From: Fidelibacterota bacterium UBA7303
GTDB lineage: Bacteria > Fidelibacterota > Marinisomatia > Marinisomatales > UBA1611
Reading direction: 5' to 3'
NCBI GenBank assembly: GCA_002471805.1
Contig: DKQR01000066.1
Span: 1 to 38,514, forward strand
DNA length: 38,514 bases
The notes under the pieces were generated by a model. The model saw only the letters and a program-made list of their open reading frames with translations. It did no database searches and was not told where the DNA came from. Positions 18,083 through 24,405 of this stretch are shown piece after piece. Position numbers and translations under genes: made by a program. Each line of letters starts with the position of its first letter. Positions within the stretch are counted from its first letter, which is position 1.

Positions 18083-19963
18083 TTGTTTAAAATGGTGATG
18101 AACCAAAACAATAGAATAAAACTATTTTTTATTGGACTTATTTTTCTATTACAGGGGACCCTGTTTTCAGGAGAAGGAAAATTAGGAGATTCCCCTGATG
18201 GTAGCCGTCATCCAGCGGTTCATAAAATAAAATTAATGGACCACGATAGTTCTATCATTCATCTGTACGAACAGCCGCTTTTACCCTTTTCTACAGAAAT
18301 GACTTGTGGTGCCTGCCATAATTATCAATCAATTCGTTCCGGCTGGCATTTTAATGCTGGCAGTGCTGGGAATGATGGTCGTAATAGTCAACCGTGGATT
18401 TATTCCAATCCAAAAACATTGACTCAAATTCCGTTGAGTTATAGAAATTGGGACGGCACTTTCACACCGGAAGAAATTGGGATGTCCGTTTTTAAATTTA
18501 CACAATTATTCAATCGCCATCACCCCGGTGGAAGTGTGGGAGAGCAGGAAAAATTTTGGGATAAAAACAATATATTTCGTTGGAATGTGTCCGGGAAGGT
18601 GGAAGTGAACTGTTTGGTTTGCCATGATGTTGACCCGGCCAATGATCGCTCCCAATATGCAAGGCAACTTAAAAAACAAAATTTCCGTTGGGCTCCCGCC
18701 AGTACGGTATCCTTTGCTGATGTAAATGGTTCTGCGAAAGATATGCCGGATCATTATGATATTTATTATGGCTTAGCGCCGGATGAATCAAAATTCATTC
18801 CACCTGGCATTGATTATGATAAAAACATGTTCAATGAAAAAGATGAGGTCTTTTTTGATGTAACAAGAAATATCCCTAACAAAAATTGTTATTTCTGCCA
18901 TTCATCTATGATAGTTGATAAAAAACGATCTGAATTCTGGCAGCATGGCGAAGATGTTCATTTAAAGCGTGGAATGAATTGTGTTGATTGCCACCGGAAT
19001 GGATTGGACCACCAGATGGTACGGGGATATCCCAACGAATACAGAGATAGAAATTCACCAGAATTGTATGCTTTTTCCTGTGCGGGCTGCCATTTTCCCA
19101 ACAAAAATGATCAAAATATTTCACATAATAATCATGGACAAATTCCACAACATAAAGGACTACCCCCGATCCATTTCGATAGACTTTCCTGCACGGCATG
19201 TCATTCGGGAGAAATACCCGAAAGTGAATCGTTTTTTACAAAGACGTCCATGGCCCATGCACTGGGAACCCATGGAATCAATAAAGCAGACAGTACGCTG
19301 CCGCATATTATAACACCCGTATTTCAAAAAGATGACAATGGGAAAATCAGTCCGGTTAATATGGTATGGCCCTCTTTTTGGGGCTGGAAAAATGATGGCA
19401 ATATTTCTCCCATGAACCAAGACGGTTATGAATCGATAGTAAAAAATGTTTTATCAGAATTGCCATTAAATATAAATGGTTCATGGCCCGTTATCGAGGA
19501 AAATCAGATATCAGATATTTTAACATTATTTGCATCTCAAAAAAGTGAATCGACGCCCGTTTTTGTAAGTGGGGGAAAAGTGTATGTTCAAGATTCCAAT
19601 GGACTAAGATCGTTGGATAATCCAATTGCTGATCCATACGCATGGCCTATTGCCCACAATGTTCGTCCTGCAACTATGGCATTGGGCAGTGGCGGATGTA
19701 CAGATTGCCATAGTGTTGATTTACCATTTTATACCGGCATCATTACAGTTGATTCCCCCCTTAAAACCGATGATGCAATGATGGTTGATTTTCACAGTAA
19801 AAATTTGTTTGCGGCCCAAGTATTTTCAAATGCATTCATATTTAGACCCTGGCTTAAAGGCATTATTTATTTGTCGGTTGGCCTAATTCTTTCGATCTTA
19901 GCTTTATTTTTAATTAATGGGTTGGGAAAATGGATTGAATCAACCCAATTGGACGAGAATTAA
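18083..19963 (+). CDS. Heptahaem c-type cytochrome, secreted, with a C-terminal transmembrane anchor
   Basis: This is a 626-aa ORF with a TTG start at 18083; ATG 18092 is an alternative. There are seven CXXCH motifs, at 18305-18319, 18611-18625, 18887-18901, 18980-18994, 19079-19093, 19190-19204 and 19697-19711. These account for all 14 cysteines in the protein. The N-terminal signal peptide is RIKLFFIGLIFLLQGTLFSG and the C-terminal hydrophobic helix is GIIYLSVGLILSILALFLINGL. Confidence 0.85.
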   Translation: MFKMVMNQNNRIKLFFIGLIFLLQGTLFSGEGKLGDSPDGSRHPAVHKIKLMDHDSSIIHLYEQPLLPFSTEMTCGACHNYQSIRSGWHFNAGSAGNDGRNSQPWIYSNPKTLTQIPLSYRNWDGTFTPEEIGMSVFKFTQLFNRHHPGGSVGEQEKFWDKNNIFRWNVSGKVEVNCLVCHDVDPANDRSQYARQLKKQNFRWAPASTVSFADVNGSAKDMPDHYDIYYGLAPDESKFIPPGIDYDKNMFNEKDEVFFDVTRNIPNKNCYFCHSSMIVDKKRSEFWQHGEDVHLKRGMNCVDCHRNGLDHQMVRGYPNEYRDRNSPELYAFSCAGCHFPNKNDQNISHNNHGQIPQHKGLPPIHFDRLSCTACHSGEIPESESFFTKTSMAHALGTHGINKADSTLPHIITPVFQKDDNGKISPVNMVWPSFWGWKNDGNISPMNQDGYESIVKNVLSELPLNINGSWPVIEENQISDILTLFASQKSESTPVFVSGGKVYVQDSNGLRSLDNPIADPYAWPIAHNVRPATMALGSGGCTDCHSVDLPFYTGIITVDSPLKTDDAMMVDFHSKNLFAAQVFSNAFIFRPWLKGIIYLSVGLILSILALFLINGLGKWIESTQLDEN

Positions 19964-19966
19964 TTC

Positions 19967-20386
19967 ATGTTCAGCTCTAGAATAAATATGATTAATACCT
20001 TATGGTTCATCAGTTTTATTGGAATGGCAATCACAGGATTTTTTCCCCTTATCTTGGGTAATACCACTTTGAATGGCTGGTGGATGATTCTGCATGTATC
20101 CATCGCACCATTATTTTCTATTTTGCTGGCGATCGGGGCATTGCATTGCGCAAAAAAAATGGGAATTGATTTTAAAGATGCACCTGAAAGTAAGTTGAGC
20201 AGAATCATTTTTTGGTTCTTTTTGTTTCTATTTATCCCAAATGCATTATCCATTCTATTCAGTATGAATACATGGTTTGTATCATCCACTCAATATGTGT
20301 TTTTAGAAGTGCATTTTTATTCAGCAATAGGTATGTTATTATTGGTCGTACTTCATTTTAATTTTTCAAGAAAGAACAAAGGATAA
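19967..20386 (+). CDS. Small 4-TM membrane protein, candidate dihaem cytochrome b-type partner (DUF4405-like)
   Basis: This is a 139-aa ORF that starts 3 nt after the cytochrome stop. It has four hydrophobic helices. The protein has exactly four histidines (H43, H60, H116 and H130), all in helices 2 and 4. Their spacings are 17 and 14 residues, close to the 13-14 classically seen in bis-His haem-b bundles. Confidence 0.5.
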   Translation: MFSSRINMINTLWFISFIGMAITGFFPLILGNTTLNGWWMILHVSIAPLFSILLAIGALHCAKKMGIDFKDAPESKLSRIIFWFFLFLFIPNALSILFSMNTWFVSSTQYVFLEVHFYSAIGMLLLVVLHFNFSRKNKG

Positions 20387-20400
20387 TTAGGAATACACAT

Positions 20401-21078
20401 ATGAAACCCAGCTTTAGATATATAAAATATGTAGTAACAACACTCGTTTGGATAATAACCTTTCTTTTTTCTCAAGAATCAAAATTGGTTCCTATTAAAC
20501 TTGAATTGCCAAAACCCATGTTTATCGGAACACCCCAAAACCTAAATGTGAAAAATCTTCAAAAACCACTGGGCAAACCCAGACCGGCGTTTCTGGCCCC
20601 GGTCGGCACCAAAAATATCGCACTGGGAAAACCAATTTACAGTTCCGATGATTTTCCTGTGATTGGAGAAATAGAAATGATTACCGATGGCGATAAAAAT
20701 GCAGCTGAAGGTAGTTTTGTAGAATTGGGTCCATTCCTACAGGATGTGACGATTGATTTAGAGGAAAATTATAAAATATTTGCCATTGTTTTTTGGCATT
20801 ACCATAAACAGGCTCGGGTGTATTTTGATGTTGTGGTTCAAACAGCGGATAATAAGGATATGACAAAAAATATTCATACACTTTTTAATAATGATATGGA
20901 CAATTCGGCCGGATTTGGTGTAGGAAATGATATGCATTATGTGGAGACATCCGAAGGAAAACTCCTCGATGCCAAAGGTGTCACCGGGCGTTTTGTGAAA
21001 CTTTACAGCCGGGGCAACACCAACAACGATTTGAATCATTATATTGAAGTAGCTGTATACGGCCTTCCTTTGAAATGA
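20401..21078 (+). CDS. Secreted discoidin (F5/8 type C)-like carbohydrate-binding domain protein
   Basis: This is a 225-aa ORF with an AGGAA ribosome-binding site upstream. The N-terminal hydrophobic segment is VVTTLVWIITFLF. The segments NIALGKPIYSSD, MITDGDKNAAEGSFVELGP, VTIDLEENYKIFAIVFWHYH, GRFVKLYSRGNTNND and IEVAVYG follow the discoidin jelly-roll pattern. Confidence 0.6.
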   Translation: MKPSFRYIKYVVTTLVWIITFLFSQESKLVPIKLELPKPMFIGTPQNLNVKNLQKPLGKPRPAFLAPVGTKNIALGKPIYSSDDFPVIGEIEMITDGDKNAAEGSFVELGPFLQDVTIDLEENYKIFAIVFWHYHKQARVYFDVVVQTADNKDMTKNIHTLFNNDMDNSAGFGVGNDMHYVETSEGKLLDAKGVTGRFVKLYSRGNTNNDLNHYIEVAVYGLPLK

Positions 21079-22628
21079 TTTCCGATCGTTACGGAACGAC
21101 CATTGTTCTGTCGATTTTCATTATAGCGGGTTTTTTTCGCTTCACAGATCTCTCCAGCCGGCCTATGCATGGCGATGAAGCCATCAATGCAGTCAAACTT
21201 TCCGGTGTAGTTGAAACTGGCCAATTTGATTATAAACCAACCCAGCATCATGGACCGCTTTTATATTTTACGGGCTACTTGTTTTCAGCTTTCCATGGTT
21301 TGGATGGCATTCAGGATTTCAGTGAAGAGTTTCTCCGGAGTGTTACTGGTTTTGTAGGCATCCTGCTTTTATGGATTGGGTTCACTTTTAAAAAATCACT
21401 TCAGAATAATGTATTATATCTTGCTTTTGGGTTGATGGCTATTTCACCATCGTTGGTTTTTTATAGTCGGTTTTTTATCCATGAGATTATTATCGTTTTC
21501 TTCAGTTTAGGAATGATCGCAAGCGGATATCAATATTTGAAGACTGAAAAGTCGTTGTGGCTTGCATTGACTGGAGTGGCACTGGGATGTATGATATCTA
21601 CAAAGGAAACGTGGCCTCTATTTTTGATTGCTATGGGAAGTTCAGCCGCAATATTATACTTCCATAAAGGTGTAAAACGGCTTATTTCATTGAAACATGG
21701 TATAACAATTGCTGGGATTGCAGTGGCAACAACCTTCCTTTTTTATTCTGACTTCTTCCGGGATATAAATAACAGTACTGATGCCTTTCTGGCTTTCAAG
21801 CCATATCTGGAAAGAGTATCATCCGAAGGAATTCATAACCATCCCTGGTATTTTTACCTGAATATCATTTTCCCGCTTGGCCATTCCGGAAGTTGGCTGC
21901 ATCTGGGAGAGGGTTTACTCTTCTTAGTTTTTATCTTCAATTTGCCGCTGATGCTTCGTTCTGAAAAACAACCTATAACTATACAGTTTTTGTTTTGGTA
22001 TTCTTTGGTTCTATTATTTGTGTTTTCAGCAATTCCATACAAAACACCCTGGAACATTTTAGGTATCATGCCTGGAATGATTATTGTGTCTGCGAATACA
22101 ATTGTCAATCAAGTCTATAAATTGAATCAAAAAATATTGGGAAACATATTTATTGTTTTATTGGGTGGTTTACTTATGTTGCAGTCCTATTCCTATAATT
22201 TCAAGAATGAAGCCAATCCAGCAAATCCATACGTCTATGCTCATCCCACAAAGGATATTTTCACGATAGAAACTAAAATTCATGACATGGCTAATGTTTT
22301 AACTAATGAAATTGATTTTTCCGTTTTTGTCATGGCAACCGGGGATGACTATTGGCCCTTTCCGTGGTATTTACGGGATATGGATAATGTTGGCTATTGG
22401 AATCATGTTCCGCTAGATGTGGGATCAGCATCAGTTGTATTCGTTTCGTCTGACTTAACAGATAATTTAGTCAAAACAATTTATGAAAAGGCCGAACCTG
22501 GAATGTCATCCTTGCTCATTCCATTGTTTGATGAAATGATGGAACTTCGTCCCGGCGTTGAAATTAGCGGGTACATCAAAAAGGACGTTTATGATTTATA
22601 TGAGCGTTTAAGTTCACATGACGGATAA
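21075..22628 (+). CDS. Polytopic GT-C-fold glycosyltransferase (TIGR03663 / PMT_2 / ArnT-like)
   Basis: This is a 517-aa ORF that overlaps the upstream gene by 4 nt (ATGA). It has about 11 hydrophobic helices followed by a soluble C-terminal domain. The first extracytoplasmic loop carries RPMHGDEAINAV, an acidic DE motif typical of GT-C enzymes, followed by YKPTQHHGPLLYF. Confidence 0.65.
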   Translation: MISDRYGTTIVLSIFIIAGFFRFTDLSSRPMHGDEAINAVKLSGVVETGQFDYKPTQHHGPLLYFTGYLFSAFHGLDGIQDFSEEFLRSVTGFVGILLLWIGFTFKKSLQNNVLYLAFGLMAISPSLVFYSRFFIHEIIIVFFSLGMIASGYQYLKTEKSLWLALTGVALGCMISTKETWPLFLIAMGSSAAILYFHKGVKRLISLKHGITIAGIAVATTFLFYSDFFRDINNSTDAFLAFKPYLERVSSEGIHNHPWYFYLNIIFPLGHSGSWLHLGEGLLFLVFIFNLPLMLRSEKQPITIQFLFWYSLVLLFVFSAIPYKTPWNILGIMPGMIIVSANTIVNQVYKLNQKILGNIFIVLLGGLLMLQSYSYNFKNEANPANPYVYAHPTKDIFTIETKIHDMANVLTNEIDFSVFVMATGDDYWPFPWYLRDMDNVGYWNHVPLDVGSASVVFVSSDLTDNLVKTIYEKAEPGMSSLLIPLFDEMMELRPGVEISGYIKKDVYDLYERLSSHDG

Positions 22629-23526
22629 AATTGCTGTTCACGGAATTGATTCAAACTGGCTAGAGGAGCACGACATTCACCGGTTTTCCCATAAAGCCAT
22701 GGCAACAGTTTTCGATATATTGATTTATCATGATAACTATTCTTATGCCCTTCAGGCCGCAACGGAATCTTTTGCGCAATTAGATTTACTGGAGCAGGAT
22801 TTAAGCCGGTTTGTGGTAAACAGCGACATTTCCCGGATCAACCAGTTAAAGCCAGGAGAATCCACAGTAGTTGGAGTAGACTCTATGGAATGTTTAGTGA
22901 TTTGTCAGAGGCTTCAAAGCGAAACTAATGGCGCATTTAATCCCACCGTTGGGAAAGTCATTGATCGTTGGAAAAATGAAACTGAATCGGTAATTAATAT
23001 CAATGAAAATATTGGTAATCTGATTCTGGATTCAAAATCATATACAGTCACCTTAATTGATAATCCCATTTCCATTGATTTGGGTGGTATCGGCAAAGGA
23101 TATGCCTTAGATAAACTCAAAGTGACATTTCAGGAATGGGGTATTGAAACCATATTAATCAATAGCGGGAGGAGTACCTTTTTAGCCGTGGAAGCTCCGA
23201 AAGACGAAACAGGTTGGCCATTAACAATTTCCCATCCATCTGATAATAGTGAATTAAAACGAATTTCCTTAAATAAGAGTGCAATTGCCGGTTCTGGGAT
23301 AGAAAAAGGGAATCATATTGTTTCACCCTCAAATTATCAGCCGGTTCAAAACAGATTGGGTGCCTGGTCTGTGGCGAAAACAGGTGCGGAAGCAGATGCT
23401 CTTTCCACATCATTTATGATTATGAGCGAAAGGGAAATAATAGATTATATGAACCATCACCCGGATGTGGGTGGAATGGTTTTTGATGAAAAAGGAAGTA
23501 TGAGGAAATTTGGTACTTTCGAATAA
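22618..23526 (+). CDS. apbE: FAD:protein FMN transferase (ApbE family)
   Basis: This is a 302-aa ORF that overlaps the upstream gene by 11 nt. It has the ApbE hallmarks HKAMATVFDI, SDISRIN, NGAFNPTVG, DLGGIGKGYALDKL and AIAGSG. Confidence 0.85.
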   Translation: MTDKIAVHGIDSNWLEEHDIHRFSHKAMATVFDILIYHDNYSYALQAATESFAQLDLLEQDLSRFVVNSDISRINQLKPGESTVVGVDSMECLVICQRLQSETNGAFNPTVGKVIDRWKNETESVININENIGNLILDSKSYTVTLIDNPISIDLGGIGKGYALDKLKVTFQEWGIETILINSGRSTFLAVEAPKDETGWPLTISHPSDNSELKRISLNKSAIAGSGIEKGNHIVSPSNYQPVQNRLGAWSVAKTGAEADALSTSFMIMSEREIIDYMNHHPDVGGMVFDEKGSMRKFGTFE

Positions 23527-23534
23527 TAACTGAA

Positions 23535-24248
23535 TTAGATGGGAAATTTCAGTTTCCAACTATCTCGCAATACTTCCCATATCGTCGGAATAGAGGAAAG
23601 GCGGCTGTCTCGATCGCAGGTCCATTCAATGGGCATTTCCTTCATAGAAATATACTTTTCCTTTGCAAGTCTTAATATTTCGATTTCGAATAAGAATCCA
23701 TCAATCCGCCCTCTGCTGAATAAATCGCGAGCAATGATTCCATCATAAATCTTAAACCCGCACTGCGTATCGCTGAATCCCCAAATGGAAGGGAACAACA
23801 ATTTAGTGACTATCCTGAAAAGAATAGAAACCAGGCGACGATACCAGACCAATTGTTTACGAATAATGCTTTCTGGTAGATGGCGTGAGCCAAGAATAAT
23901 CTGGTGTTCATTATTCCGAATCATATCGATCCCTATGGTGATAAAATCTAATGCAACTGTTTTTCCACTATCTATGAACATGACAATATCACCTTTGGAT
24001 TCAAGAATGCCTTTCCGAACTGCATGGCCTTTTCCATAATGATCATTTTCTTTTAATATAACTAAACGAACATTGTCCGTTAAGGATGTTTCATTTGCTA
24101 TTTCAGACGTTCCATCCGTACTTCCATCATCCGATACAATTATTTCACCAGTGATGTTATTATTTGTTAAGTAATCGGAAAGGGAGGTGATATCTTCACT
24201 AATTTTTTCCGCTTCATTTAAAACGGGTATAATGATGGATAGATTCAT
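23535..24248 (-). CDS. Family 2 glycosyltransferase (polyprenyl-phosphate glycosyltransferase-like)
   Basis: This is a 237-aa ORF. The N-terminus LSIIIPVLNEAEKI and the segment VSDDGSTDGT are classic GT2 motifs, and the small size fits DPM/DPG-synthase-like enzymes. Its stop codon lies 8 nt from the stop of apbE on the other strand. Confidence 0.8.
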   Translation of the reverse strand: MNLSIIIPVLNEAEKISEDITSLSDYLTNNNITGEIIVSDDGSTDGTSEIANETSLTDNVRLVILKENDHYGKGHAVRKGILESKGDIVMFIDSGKTVALDFITIGIDMIRNNEHQIILGSRHLPESIIRKQLVWYRRLVSILFRIVTKLLFPSIWGFSDTQCGFKIYDGIIARDLFSRGRIDGFLFEIEILRLAKEKYISMKEMPIEWTCDRDSRLSSIPTIWEVLRDSWKLKFPI

Positions 24249-24405
24249 TGATATTTCACATCAATGGGGTTTATTACTGATTACTGTGTTCAATCAGTTT
24301 GAAGATTTTACCATAATCGAAAAATGCCCTGTTCATCCGGCAGTCCGCCCAAATCCTTTTTTATACCACGCAGGGAAATGCATTATTAAATTGAAATATT
24401 AACCC

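Noticed and set aside
24187-24402. A 71-aa plus-strand ORF spanning the GT2 start and the 24249-24405 intergenic region.
   Set aside because: It overlaps the GT2 N-terminus in antisense and has no ribosome-binding site or recognisable domain. I treat the region as the promoter/terminator space between two minus-strand units. A weak hairpin with a T-run can be drawn around 24320-24390 on the minus strand, but it is too imperfect to call.
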